Source: Sphyrna mokarran (Eukaryota). From it: a stretch of DNA of 64,000 nucleotides. This document shows positions 12,420 to 25,424 of this stretch, piece by piece. The stretch's first letter is position 1; every line of letters begins with the position of its first letter. A program made the translations under genes and the position numbers. Location of the stretch: NCBI GenBank assembly GCA_024679065.1, contig JAGIQG010000020.1:7998001-8062000 (forward strand). The letters are read 5' to 3'. The notes beneath the pieces were generated by a model. That model was not told where the DNA came from. It did no database searches and saw only the letters and a program-made list of their open reading frames with translations.

Positions 12420-13400
12420 ATTCGTGCAATGACTGCCATTTCTTCATTCCCCATGATAATTCCTTTGTCTCTGCTTCTAAGCGACCAAAGTTTATCGTGA
12501 ATATTTTGTGATTGTCTTTTCTGCAGAGAAAAAAAAATTAACAGAAATGGCGAGTAACTGAGGAGACCACTAAAAGTGAAGAACAAGGCAGCTATTATAC
12601 GTGCAGGAAAGATGCTGGAAGAATTGAAGGAACGACAATCTGACAAATCCTCAGGACCCGATGGCACACAACATGGATTTGTAAAATAACTAGCCGCAAC
12701 CACAGTTGATGCCTTGTGTTTGATTTTCCAATAGTCCCAAAACTCTGCATCAGCCCTAATAGAGTGGAAATTACAATTTTTTAAGATTATTGGGTTCCTA
12801 AAAATAATAACAATTGTCAAAATTTATTAAGCCTTTGCTGGTTTTCAAAAATATTTCCAATCTTCAGACTTACTAACAATATTTTCAAAATTATAAGATT
12901 CTGGTTTCAATCAAATGTTACCCTCGAACACATTAATGAGCCATGGATTGATTTACACCACAGACTTTCAATGGAATTTACTTTTGATGAAATTGTTGAA
13001 TTGTTATTTAAACGTTTTCCACAGTTTATTCACTCCCAAACATTATAGCCAATTAACTTTAGCCATCTCTCCCCTCAAATCTCCACAACCGGTTTCATTT
13101 AATTTTCTTGTTTCTGATTTGTGTATGTTGCTTACAAACGTAATGTGCAATACAACTGCAATATGATCACTATTTTTCAATAGAGTTTCCACTATGACAA
13201 CATAGGTTAACCCTGTCTCGTTATACAATACAAGATCAAAAAGCGACTTTATCTCTCGCTGATTCCAGCTGATTCCACAATATATTGTTCTAGGAAGCTC
13301 TCATGGAGCAATCTATGGAGTTATCTTCCAGACCACCTTCGTGAATTGTAGGCAAGTCTATATGAAATTTAAAGTCGTCACAACTTTTATAGTGCCTTTG
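12420..13400 (-). mobile_element. Old CR1 LINE ORF2 fragments
   Basis: Degenerate CR1 motifs (e.g. GIIMGNEEMA; DKSSGPDG on the + strand, so part appears inverted). Confidence 0.5.
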
Positions 13401-13414
13401 TTGCCTTTGCCATA

Positions 13415-15900
13415 TCTGATGGGAGTTACATACAGGCACCTTAGGAGTAGTCAGGATATGGGGCAGAAAATAAATCAAGAGAAAGAAAAGACAGATAAAA
13501 AAGGCAATATCACAATAATCGTAGGGGACTGCAAGTTGCAGGTGGATTGGAAAAATCCGGTAGGTAGTGGATCCTAAGAAAAGAAATTTATGGAAAATCT
13601 AACAGTTTTGTTTTGGAGTAGCTTGCGACAGGCAATTCTGATTTAGTTGTGTGTAACGAGGTAGAATTGAATAGGAAACTTAAGATGAAGGAGCACTTAG
13701 GGAGCAGTGAGCACAGTATGATAGAATTTACTCTCAGTTTGAGATATAGAAGCTGGAATCAGATGTGATGATACTACAATTAAATAAAGGTGGGAGAAGC
13801 TGGCCAGGGTTGATTGGAAAGGGTGCCGAGCAGAGAAAACTGTGGGACTGTTGAGAGTGGAGTTTTTGAGAGTTATTCTGGAGGCACAACACAAATTCAC
13901 CCCAAGGAGGAGGAAACATGCTAAGGTGAGGACGAGGCATCCATGGCAGGCGAAGGAAGTCAAGGAAGCAAAAAAAGCAAAAGAAAAACCGTACAAAGTG
14001 ACAAGGATTAGTGGGAAAGCAGAAAATTGGAAAGATTTTAAAAGAGAGCAGAGGATAACTAAAAAAAAACAAGGAGAGAGAAGATGAAATATGAGTATAA
14101 GCTAGCTAGTAATATAAAAGGAGATAGGAAGATTTTCTTCAACATACGGAAGACAAGAGAGAGGCAAAAATACGCATTGAACCACTGGAAAATGAGGCTG
14201 GAGAAGTAATAATAGGAAATAAAGCAATGGCAGAGGAACTGAATCGTTACTTTGCATCAGTCTTCACGATGAAAGACACCAGTGGGATGCCAGAGCTCCA
14301 GAAGAGTCTACATGTGAGTGTAGTGGCTTTCACTAAGGAGAAGGTTCTGAGGAAACTGAAAGGTCTGAAGGTGGATAAATTACCAGGACTGGATGGACTA
14401 CATCCCAGGGTTCTAAAAGAGATAGCTGAGGAAATTGTGGAGGCATTGGTGGTGATCTTTCAGCAATCACTGAAGGCAGGGAGGATACCAGAGGACTTGA
14501 AAGTAGAAAATGTAAGTCGAGAGCTGTTTAAGAAGGGAAGGGGGCAGCAGACGGGCCGTTATAGGCTGGTTAACCTGATTCAGTCTTTGGCAAGATTTTA
14601 GAATCTATTATTAAGCATGAGGTCGCAGAATACTTGGAAATGCATGATAAAGTAGATTGAATCAGCACGGCTTCATCAAGGGGAAGTCATGTCTGACAAA
14701 TCTGTTAGAATTCGTTGAGTCAGTAACAAGAAAGTTAGATAAGGAGAACCAGTGGACCTGATTTATTTAAGTGTTCAGAAGGCCTTCAACAAAGGGCTGC
14801 ATAGGAAACTATTATATTGCCAATGGTTCTAAGCGTAAAATCCTGGCATGGATGGAGGATTGGCTAACTGGCAGAAGGCCGAGAGTGGGGAATGGCAGCT
14901 GGTGGCTCGTGGTGTGCCTCAGGGGTCAGTGCTGGGAGCAAACCTTTTCACAATATACATTAACGATTTGAGGAAGAAAGTGAAGGTACGTTGCTAAGTT
15001 TGCAGATGTATAGAGGCACAGTAAAGATTGAGGAACCGGCGGGCTACAGAAGGAATTGGACAGATTAAGGGAGTGGGCAAAGAATTGGCAGATGGATTAC
15101 AATGTGGAAAAGTGAGAGCTTATGCATTTGGAAGGAGGAATAGAAGCATAGACTATTTTCTAAATGGGGAAATGCTTAAGAAGTCAGAACCCCAAAGAGA
15201 TTTGAGCGTCATTGCTCAAGATTCTCTTAAGTTTAACGTGCAGGTTCAATCAGCAGTTAGGAAGCAAATGCAATGTTAGCATTCATGTTGAGCGGGCTAG
15301 AATACAAGAGCAGGGATGTACTTCTGAGATTGTAGAAGGCTCTGGTCAGACTTCACTTAGAGTATGTGAGCAGTTTTTGTACCCCATATATAGGAAATGA
15401 TGCATTGGCCTTGGAAAAGGTCCAGGGGAGGTTCACAAGAATGATCCCTGAAATGAAGCGTTTGTCATATGAGAAATGGTTGAGGACTCTGGCTCTGTAC
15501 CATTGGAGTTTAGAAAGATATTGAAACTTACAGGATATTTCAAAGCCTGGATAGACTGGGCGTGGGGAGAATGTTTCCACTACTAAGAAAAATTAGAATT
15601 AGAAGGCACAACCTCACGCTGAAAGGACGGCTCTTTAAAACAGAGATGAGAAGGAATTTCTTCAGCCAGACAATGATGAATCTGTAGAACCTTTTGCTGC
15701 AGAAGGCTGTAGAAGCCAAGTCATTGAGTGTCTTTAAGCCAGAGGTAGATAGGTTCTTATTTAATAGGGGGATCAAGGATTATGGGGAAATGCAAGTAGT
15801 ATGAGGATGAGAAAAATATCAGGATTGATTGAATGGCAGAGCAGACATGATGGGCCGAGTGGCTTAATTCTGCTCCTGTGTCTTATTGTCTTATGTTCTC
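13415..15900 (+). mobile_element. CR1 LINE, 5'-truncated, degenerate ORF2 (end of endonuclease plus RT) and 3' tail
   Basis: ORF pieces MAEELNRYFASVFT...KLPGLDGLHPRVLKE, RT motifs, and a CR1 tail ending gtcttattgtcttatg. Confidence 0.9.
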
Positions 15901-17027
15901 ATGCTTTTTTTACAATCTACACTCATTTAATGTTTGGTGCCCTATATGTAAGTAGGATTACTGTTAGGAGGTCAAAAACTATTCCCACCAGCTAGACTGA
16001 TCCTTGTTATTCCAACTCCATCTGTACTCATACTATTTTCTGAATTTTTAAACCAAGTTTGTTTCTCATCAATATCCTTATGTCATATTTTATTTCAACG
16101 GCTGTTCTCCTCTCTATTCCATCGTGCTTGTGTCCTCTAAATGTTGTGACCTCTGGAACATTTATTTCTCAAATTTGGTTACCTTGGGTGAAGACCGTTC
16201 TAATAATACAGCACTCACTTTCCTCAAGACTTGGCCGTGACTTGAAGTTCATTTTCGCACTCCAATATTTCAGACAGACGTTCAACTCTTATTTACTCTG
16301 TACTAATTTGTCCATGGTACTAATTGCTTTATGGCTCCATTTTTAATTAAATGTCAGCACTTAATATTTCCTTAGCAGAGCCTCTTTCATAATCCTATCT
16401 ATGTTGATACCACCTTGCACCACGACAATCCGATCCTTCCCCTCCTAATGATGTCACTCACGTGTATGGAGGAGATATTTTTAACCTTGCATCTGACAGG
16501 AAACTCAGCCTTCGAGACTCATAATTTCGGATGCAGGAAATAGGGTTTCCCCATAACTATACTAGGCTTATTACAAATGCATTCATTTTACTCTAATTCC
16601 CCTCTACACGATTGTGTCGTGGTCAGTTTGCTGATCCAGCCTGACATCCCACTCTCGTCCACACACGCTGCAAGAAGCTGGATTCTGCTGCTTAATATGG
16701 AGAGTCTGCGGCTCCATTATTACTACCCTCTGGATTCTCACAGCTGCTTTACTGGAACATATCTCATCCTGTCCCAAGTACTTAGCATAACCTGAGAAGA
16801 AACTAGCAGAAATACTACTATTGTATTAAATTCCCAAGTCAACGCTAATTCCTCGTCCTGTTGTCTCCAGGTGTAGTCCTACTATTTAGCAGAGTCCCAT
16901 TCATGCTCTGCTAAATAATTATCCAATGAATTATGAAACTGACATTTATATTTGATCTCATTAACAATGCTGTATATGGCCTGCATCTTCGAACCCACTT
17001 CAACCATTCAATGCAATAGTTCATTTC

Positions 17028-17348
17028 AAAGAACAAAGAACAAAATAGCACGGGAAACAGGCCCTTCGGCCCAACGAGCCCACGCTGCCACCCCGATGTT
17101 CCCACCTTTACCCGTGATCCCTGTCTATGTCTATAGATCTATGGATTAAAAACCAAATTTGAGACAATTTAGGGAGAATTTGTTTTCCCAATTAGCCTAA
17201 GAGCACACCTTTGGGATGTGGGAAGAAACCGGAGCACCCGGAGAAAACCCACGCAAGCACGGGGAGAATGCGCAAACTCCCACAGACACAGGCCCAAATC
17301 CATGTATCTGCACAGCACAGCGATAGTCACTGAGCTGTCGTGTTGCCC
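17028..17348 (-). mobile_element. V-SINE, short-head subfamily with CR1-derived tail
   Basis: Highly similar to 49468-49789; V-domain present; tail matches the CR1 3' UTR at 57661-57802. Confidence 0.85.
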
Positions 17349-20063
17349 ATCAAATGGTCAAGCGTACACTAACGATGTGAAGCACTAGAAATTTAGTTTG
17401 GAAACCTGAAGTTTCAATTAAAAAAAGTTAAAAAAAAATACCCTTGTAACTACTCAACTATCTTTCACCCACCCGAATCCTCCAAGATAATAATTGGCAC
17501 AAGCTGCCTTTGTACCCCAGCTTCTCACCCCACCAACAATGAAGCCCCGGCTTCCAGGGGCTTCCATCTGGGAGGGTATTTCAGGCTGAGGTTGCATTTG
17601 GATAATGGGCACCAAGTTAATGTCTAGCAACTAGAACATATGCAGCACTTCTCATTCAATGTGTTTTCATCATACATTCTGTTGGTAAAACCTTCCACAT
17701 TAGTACATAAAATCCTAACCAGTCTCTAGTCTCCTATTTGGTTTAAATTATTCTCTATTTCCATGCCTTTAATAATCTTACATGCCTCTGCAATATCGTT
17801 TTTTTGTTGACCTTATTTCAGTTTGAAAAATGCAGTGTTCAGTTACTATCTAATGTACCAACACAGTTAAATTATTCCATATGTTTTATTGTTCTTAGTC
17901 CATCCAGATGATTACGTACATTCTAAATTTAATCATGTAACTATAAGGTAATGTCACCTTTGGGTACTAAATTCTGGAGTACGATTTCAGTTTCCAGTAA
18001 TCTGAATCCTTGTTTGTAACAGAAGTGTTATTGTTCCAGTTTTAAGTTTTGCCTTTAAGCATTATCTCTGCGCGTGGACTTAGTGCCACAAAGACATGTA
18101 GATAAAGTATCAAGCGAAAAGAACTACAACACATAGGAAGCCTTAATTTAAAACACATCACGATTGGCACCTTCCCGACATCTGATATTTCGTCAAATGC
18201 AATTGCAGTATTTCAGATATTTTCATTCGAATAAGCGTAACGTGTCAGCTTGGGCATGTACCCACTTCTCAGTTTCAAGACCAGAAAAAAAAAGAAACTC
18301 GAAAGAATAAATAAAAATAGAAACAGTGTATTTCACTTTAAAATGGCGAATGCAATCCCGATTTGTTTGCTCATCTATTTACCCTAACTATCTAACCCCA
18401 CACCCCCTCTGAAGCTACAGCTTTTATTGGGGCTGTTCCGATTGAAGAAATAAACTTCAGCAGTTGAGCAGGCATTTCTTCCTACAGAGAATTTAGTATA
18501 CGGTCAGCGGATCCCTAACGAAAATCACCAAATACAATTGATCTTGATTTTCTATAACCATTGCCACCAGAGAATAACCAGCCACTGTAAACAATACGTA
18601 TACCTGCATACACTTGCGGCCTTCAAAACTTTTCTCACACTTTTAAGTCATTTTTTCATAGCAAATTATTCTCTTTAGAAAACCTATTTTAGAAAGCCGA
18701 TGTAAAGTGTAATTTTATAATTAATGTTACTAGCAAGATGGCCCTGTAGTGCCTTTGTTACATTATGCAACATCTGAGCTTTAACTGTGCTCAAACCAAT
18801 TCTACTCGTCTACTTTCCAACTTGAAGGACGTTTGGTACTTAAGTTTACAGCAAATTAGAAACTTGAAGTATAAACCTCAATAAGGACGCACCATATCTT
18901 AAAAATTGAACTAGAATGTGCTGGTCTGCCTTGATTCAATTATTTCCCGTCTTCGAATGGAGAGAGAAACACAATCAACGTTTCATGTCGACAACGTTTA
19001 CAGAACCTCCGAGGATAGATATAGATTTGTGCGACTTCTTAATTTGAGAGCAATTGCTAGCAGGCAGATCAATTTGCTACAGTTCACGACTTTCTTTTTC
19101 CATTGCCTTCCACTCAAACTAAATGGAGAGAAATGTAAAATTGGTTACGCATTGGGTCTTAATTGTTTTATACTATCACTAAAAGATCTTGCCATTTTGC
19201 ACCTAGATTGCACTTGATCTTTACTGCCCATGTACATTGTCAGATCGATCTTAGACATCAATCTTTTTACGTAAAATAAATAAACTATGGCCTTGAAATG
19301 TCAAGAACGTAATGCTGGAATCAAGTAATTGTAAGAACATAGGTTGGTTCAACTTATGCAGACTTTACAATATCAGGTACCAGGCTCAACTAGAATGCCT
19401 GTTTGGGTAAATTTTGTTTTGGAGAACAATGCAAAAAGCATCCGCTCCACAATGGGTGAAAAGCGTCTTAGGATTTTCTTTTCCATTTGAATCAAACTGA
19501 GTCTCATCATTCCAAATTCAAGTGCTATGAGAGTTCTTCTGACAAATCTTTCTTGCACTTTCCAGAAGTGCAGGAATATTAGACTCAACTGTCGAACAAT
19601 AGGTACACAAAGTGACCGGAATTGTCTCCAAACTTCCATATTCAGAAGTAATTTAGGATGCATTTTTTCGCTACCTGGTACTTTTAATCTGAGATCTTCA
19701 ATACCCCATCCTAAATAATAGCCAGTGTAATTTCTGAATCTTCAGATTCAAAAATAAAATCATAGTTATTTCAACAATAAGGAAATGAATGGCGTTTACC
19801 TTGAGTCAGACTCTCACATTGATTTTTAGGGGTGAATATTTAAAGCTGCATTGAATACTGTGAGATAATCATGAAATATCTTCCAGTATGAGTATTGACA
19901 TGCTTCACAGAAAAAAAAACACGCGATAAAACGAAAATGAATTAAAAGATGTATCAGAAATGTTCAGTTAAGGCACTGTTTTGTTTATAATGTTAGCAAA
20001 GCATAGAGCTGCAAAAGCAATTCCTTGTGATAAATCTGACACATGGCGAGGATCTGGCAGCTT

Positions 20064-20155
20064 CTGATTGGCGTTAAGGTGTAGGGTGATTTGCATAAAC
20101 AAAAGTACGCGGTGACACCTCCATTGACAAGTTCATAAGCGGCCTTGGGATAAAG
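20064..20155 (+). promoter_or_regulatory. IgL V promoter of cluster B: CCAAT/Y box, octamer, conserved motif, TATA-like element
   Basis: CTGATTGG 20064-20071; ATTTGCAT 20089-20096 (decanucleotide TGATTTGCAT) about 118 nt before the ATG; GGTGACACCTCC 20111-20122; GATAAA near 20148. Confidence 0.85.
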
Positions 20156-20213
20156 TTTAGAATCAATTTCACCTGGAAATTGCCGCTGTCTCTGCTCCAT
20201 TCAATTGCTCACC

Positions 20214-20260
20214 ATGTCTTATTGGATACGTGTTGTGTGCGCTGGTGTTTTGCGTGGTTT
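20214..20260 (+). pseudogene. Leader exon of cluster B, frameshifted
   Basis: ATG in accATG context, MSYWIRVVC..., donor GTGAGT at 20261; 47 nt (phase 2) versus 49-52 nt (phase 1) in the intact leaders; restoring 2 nt (tgc gcg ctg) gives hydrophobic MSYWIRVVCALVFCVV. Confidence 0.75.
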
Positions 20261-20385
20261 GTGAGTATTATACTTTAATTCTATCATTATTAATCTCGAA
20301 GAATATTATCTGGTAATCTTTGCCCCACTTTAATTCGAAATTATAACTCTCATTGTCCTCCCACTTCTTTGTTCTTTATTTTCAG

Positions 20386-20730
20386 TTTCAAATGCGGAAG
20401 TTATAGTAAACCAGCCGCTTTCGATGTCAACTTCTCTGGGAGGAGACGTCCGAATAAGTTGTACGCTGTCCGGTGCGTCTTTGGGAAGCAGCACTGTATC
20501 TTGGTAGAAGCAGGTTCCTGGGAACACTCCCAGGCTTTTAGTCTACTATTGGTCAGGAAGCAGCATTTACAGAGGCCCGGGTATTTCAGATAGATTCTCC
20601 GGTTCCGTGTCAGGAAACACAGGAGTCTTCACAATGTCCAATGTACAATCGGAGGACGCGGCGGACTATTACTGCGCTATGTGGTAAAATGGCTTAATCT
20701 TCGGTAAAGGAACGAGGCTGACTATTGGCA
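20386..20730 (+). pseudogene. Germline-joined VJ exon of cluster B (lambda type) with two in-frame stops
   Basis: Acceptor ttttcAG 20384-20385; SNAEVIVNQPLSMSTSLGGDVRISCTLSG...VSW*KQVPG...DRFSGS...EDAADYYCAMW*NGLIFGKGTRLTIG; TAG 20505-20507, TAA 20685-20687; donor GTAAGT at 20731; no RSS between V and J. Confidence 0.92.
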
Positions 20731-23332
20731 GTAAGTAAAATCCATTCCTTGGGAAGTTCTGTAAATGATTGTTACGAGAGGAAATTTAATGATGCACGTG
20801 ACGTTTAGCTATTGAACCAAATAACTTGATTTTAAAATTGACAATTTCGGAGCTTCGGGATTTTAGCGGGCGTCACTTCATATCTCGATCGATAGTACCG
20901 ATTCAAGCAGGAAGTGAAATATCCAGTATTTGAAGACTTTTACCATACTATTGTCTTATTGGCTGCTCAAAATTGAACTGAATGGGCAACAGGAAATGAT
21001 CAATCAAGTTTCTTGTTCTTAATCTCGCCTCGGTGCTTATATCAGTGGCAGCATTTTGTGTTTCTCCGGCGATGACAGAATCGAGCAAGGATCTAATGTC
21101 TGATTGCAAACCCGACAGATAGCCATTGCCAAAGGTCGCCTAACAAATCCGACCGACGCCCGTGTAACCACAGTGCAATAAAAGCCAGCATGTAAAGGAG
21201 CAAAATGTACATTGCAAGGTGAAAGACTGGCAACCTATCACAAATTGAAGTTCCCAAGCAATATCTAATAGCCTCCCTAAATTGAATGAGCTGGAACCAA
21301 TTTCTGTAGTCTTGCATTGTTGCATTTAACAATGATATTAGTCGGATATGTCTTCTTTGACATATTTTATATTCCGAAAATAGCACTTACCCCCAGCACC
21401 CACTTATTAATGGCGAAAATGAGGAGATTTAGCTCATCTGTAAAGCATTGACTCCCAGATCTCTTAGACTTTCCCTATAATATTCTGCAAAGTTTCTCAT
21501 AGGATTTGTATTGATGACTTAGCAATAAGAATTGAACGGTTGTTAAAATATTAATGCAATTACATAAGCCGTTTTCCTACTGTGCTATGCTGAAACAAAG
21601 TAGTATGGGGTTGTCTGATTTTTCGCAACATGCGAAATGGCAAACAATTTCTCAAACAATAATATATATCACTCATAGAAGCTGTATTACAACAGGAATA
21701 AATGAATCATCGAATGATGCATGTAGATTGTAGCTGTGCCAGGACAAAACCCATCCCGCATTCATTGAGCCTATGCTGATAGGAAGTATTTGTATGTTTA
21801 TCTTCGCACGTTTAAAGTAATGGAGAGCCCTTTAAATTTGGAGCTTACATCATTGCCAAAGTAAAGAATTGCTCCCCATTCTTCCAGCGCACTCGTATGC
21901 TGATAACTGACAGTCACATTTCAGTCCAGGTGCTGCTTTGGACCGAATGTGAATAGTGAACCAGAGTTCATAGAATTCTGAATTCTATGAATTCTAGCAC
22001 AGAAAACCGTAGCAAACCGTAAAAAGCATCAATAGAATGGGACACCCGCTGATTAACGTGACGTTGGGATTTTGCGTTTTGAAATAGCCAAACTTTATGA
22101 TTCTGTATATTTTCTTTTACTGATTTATTCTTTTCACTGATATAGTTCTCCCCCAACTTCCGCAATGATCTATAGCGTAGCTGATCTCTCTTTCTGTTTC
22201 ATCTAAAGACCCTTTCCTTTCCTTTTCAGTCTCTTTGAACTTTGAAATGACTTTACATTTTGTTAATCGCGATACTAATGTGTTCTGAGGTGAGATAACA
22301 AAGCTGGTACATACTTTCAGTGTATTCAATACGCACCGCTATGTTTAGTGTGTCCATTAAATCATGAAAAATACCATGGTGCTCCCGAGAAAACCTGGAC
22401 TAGTTTCGACTTAAATCAAGAAAAAAATCTATAAAAATGCAAAATCCTGTAAAGAAGTGTAAAGTGCGTGAGTCCGTGTTGAAGCTACTTCTGATTTTTC
22501 TTGAATTATTTCAATATGACTGAACTTTCTAGTCCAAGGTAGAACATGTGTGGCGGATAGATGTTTCTTTTAAGGTGTCCTCCACATGCGCAGTGCGGAC
22601 ATCTGATGTAAACTCATAGTTGTTCCATCGTACAGAGAAAGCAGATAAAAAATTGTAATGCCATTAAAGATTTGTTACTCTGCAAGATTGGCGTTAGTGC
22701 CAAACAATTTGTGCTGGCGAGTTCCAACAGCGGCTACATTTTAAAATGGAAAAGCTATTTTACTGGTACTGCGCTGGCTCCGAGACTCTACATTAAGGAG
22801 ACATGCGTTGCCCCTATATTCATAAATACATGAACCATATGCTGGCTTCTGCTCTTGAACGCTTAACAGCTAAACAGTGTGAACCACATCACAATGAGGG
22901 TGAAGTATTAGTGGAGGTTGGTTTATATTGTGTGACAGTGTGAAACCGGCGATAGCGAAATCGGCAGCCTATGTTACACCGCTCCGGATGTTTGTTTAAG
23001 TTTCAATGGTAATAAAAATAGCTGACTCACTGTCATCCATCTTAACACTGCGCAGAAAAATCAAGATATATGCAAGTATCTTTAATGACAATTATTGATC
23101 AGAAAACCAGCATTGGTAAATGTTGAAAATGCCCACATTGTGACTGTAATATTTTGAAGCATATAGCATAAACACTAATATAATAGTATATAGATACGCA
23201 AGTATTTATATTATATATTCTATATATAATAAAGTAAACTAGCCCGATGTGTTAAGAATAAAATATTTTGAGAAAATCATATGTTTCAACCAAAGCAGTT
23301 CTCACCACTAACAAATCTATTTCTTTAATCAG

Positions 23333-23655
23333 ATCCTAAGAAACCATCTGTCTCCCTCCTCCCGCCTTCATCGGATCAAATCAAAGCGAAGAACACGGCG
23401 ACCCTGGTGTGTTTGGTGAGCGGTTTTAAACCGGGAGCTGCGGAGATTGAATGGACTGTAGATGGCAGCGTCAGAGGGAATGGGGTCGAGACCAGTTGGG
23501 TCCAGCAACAGGCGGACAACACGTTCAGTGTGAGCAGTTATCTGACTCTGTCAGCCTCAGAGTGGAACTCACACGAGCTTTACTCCTGTCTGGTCAAACA
23601 CGAGACTCTAGCAAACCCGCTTCAAACAACCGTCTCCAGATCCAACTGTATGTGA
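23333..23655 (+). CDS. Ig light-chain constant exon, lambda / type II, cluster B; exon intact but upstream VJ disabled
   Basis: Acceptor tttaatcAG 23331-23332; (N)PKKPSVSLLPPSSDQIKAKNTATLVC...SRSNCM*; 17 differences in 323 nt versus the cluster A exon. Confidence 0.9.
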
Positions 23656-23860
23656 TTTAAAAAACTGTACTTGGTTTAGCTGAAAAAGTGTACTCATCTT
23701 TATTATGTTCCCTATTGTGACAAAACGCGTAGAAAAAATGTATTTCGAATGTTGACGAGAAAGAATAGCCATTGCAAATGGGAACTTCGTCAATTTCGAC
23801 GTGATCATTTCAAATAACAGCCAATCAAATGATTTCAGTGTCAGGTGAAACTTCAGTGTT

Positions 23861-23866
23861 AATAAA
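23861..23866 (+). promoter_or_regulatory. Putative polyadenylation signal of cluster B
   Basis: AATAAA about 205 nt after the stop; an ATTAAA near 23972 lies in the segment homologous to the cluster A poly(A) region. Confidence 0.45.
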
Positions 23867-25424
23867 CTTGTTAAATTTATCCAGAAAGGAATATAAATCA
23901 ACAGTATGATTATTGCATCCTGAATATTTGCTTACTGTTATTCTACATAAATGCAGCTGTTCAATTAATGCATTAAACTATGCTCAAATGCAATAACATT
24001 GTTCGCGTTCTTTTACCTCTGGCACGATAGAAGTCAAATGTGTGTTTTTCCCATTGTTAATGCCCTGGTATTAAAAAGTGGGAAGATTTTACAACAATCA
24101 ATGATAGCTTCTTGGGCACCAATATTGACACGGGTTTTATTGCCCGAATACAAATTCTACTAGCAGCCATGTTGAAATTGGATTCCACATCCTCACAGCC
24201 AATCTCTCTCCTGACCACGCACTTGCAAACTCAAAATGACTCTTATCGGTTAAATGCAGTTAGACTTAAGTTCCCACTGCATTCAAAGAAATAAAATGTC
24301 CCCAGAGTTTAATTAATTCTTGTTAATTTACATCTCTCTTTGTCTCCCGCAAAGTGATAGATCAGCAGAGAATTTAGGGTCGATATAACTTACATGTTCA
24401 TTGAAGTCAAAGGATTAAAATCCGGAGTTCGTTGAAATTACATCTGATAGCCCCCCAGAGTATAGAATGTAATTATTTTAAAAACGGGCATTTAAATAGA
24501 CCATTATCAGAATATAAACATCAAAGAGGAGGCCTTGGGATAGAAGTTATTCTGAGTCTGTCTCACGGGTTTCTCGAAGTTCAGCCTCTGGCTTCATTAC
24601 ATCCTCGGTGTGAAATGTTCCGCTTGTCACACATGCAAAATTAAATCACCTTTGAATGGATTTAGACCTAAATTCGTGATCCCCAAAATAACACTGCTGC
24701 ATTCGCCTCTCATGAGGGTTGCAACGGCATTGTAACTTCCGGGGAGACACTTTACGCTCAAATCCGGATATTGCAGTGCACTGAATGGGATCCGGGAAAG
24801 CTGATAGTGCGTTTGTACTTGTTAGTGTGCAAGCTTGGCTGAGTTTCAACTTGCGTTTGCATTGCTTTATTTGGGGCTACTTGTGGCAGATGGAGATCCC
24901 TTTAAGTTAACAGGGGTGTTAAACATTCACGCAGCCTCAGCAGCCTGGATCCCCGCGCTTCCCCATCCACGTTCCCCCTAGTACGTGACACAGTAAATTA
25001 AAACGTCCTTCGGCACTTCACTAACATATCCATTGGGCCTCATGCCTGTCAACCATCGCTGTCAAAAATAACATTCAGATTTATGCCTGCATTACTTCGA
25101 CATAGAAAATCATTGCTAAATGTGTATAATTTGCGTGAATACTATGCCCTGGAAACAATTCTCTTCCCATCCCCGCACCGCCACCGTCCCCCCTCACCCC
25201 ATGCTGCCCACACCTCCAGCCCCCGCCCCCACAGCCCCGCCGCCACGCACGCACAACCTTTTCCGAAAGATGAATAAAAGCGAAGTGAGATTTGTGTTTA
25301 AAAGAGAACCCTTTAAAGTATCGCGTGTTTAGAGAGTAGATTCCAGTTGTCGGGGGTTGGTTGCTGAAGGCTCAGCTCCCATTGCTGGTGAAAGAGGAGT
25401 GGGGTATGTACAATACTTGTACAT

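Noticed and set aside
13700-14480. High similarity with 30190-30960 as a marker of cluster duplication
   Set aside because: Both are CR1 internal sequence and their flanks do not match; membership of the same subfamily explains it.
21169-21210. Perfect RSS heptamer CACAGTG in the J-C intron of cluster B
   Set aside because: No acceptable nonamer at 12 or 23 nt and no V- or J-like sequence adjacent; expected by chance.
25165-25260. C-rich tract with G-quadruplex potential downstream of cluster B
   Set aside because: Low complexity, no counterpart at the same position in other clusters and no supporting motif.
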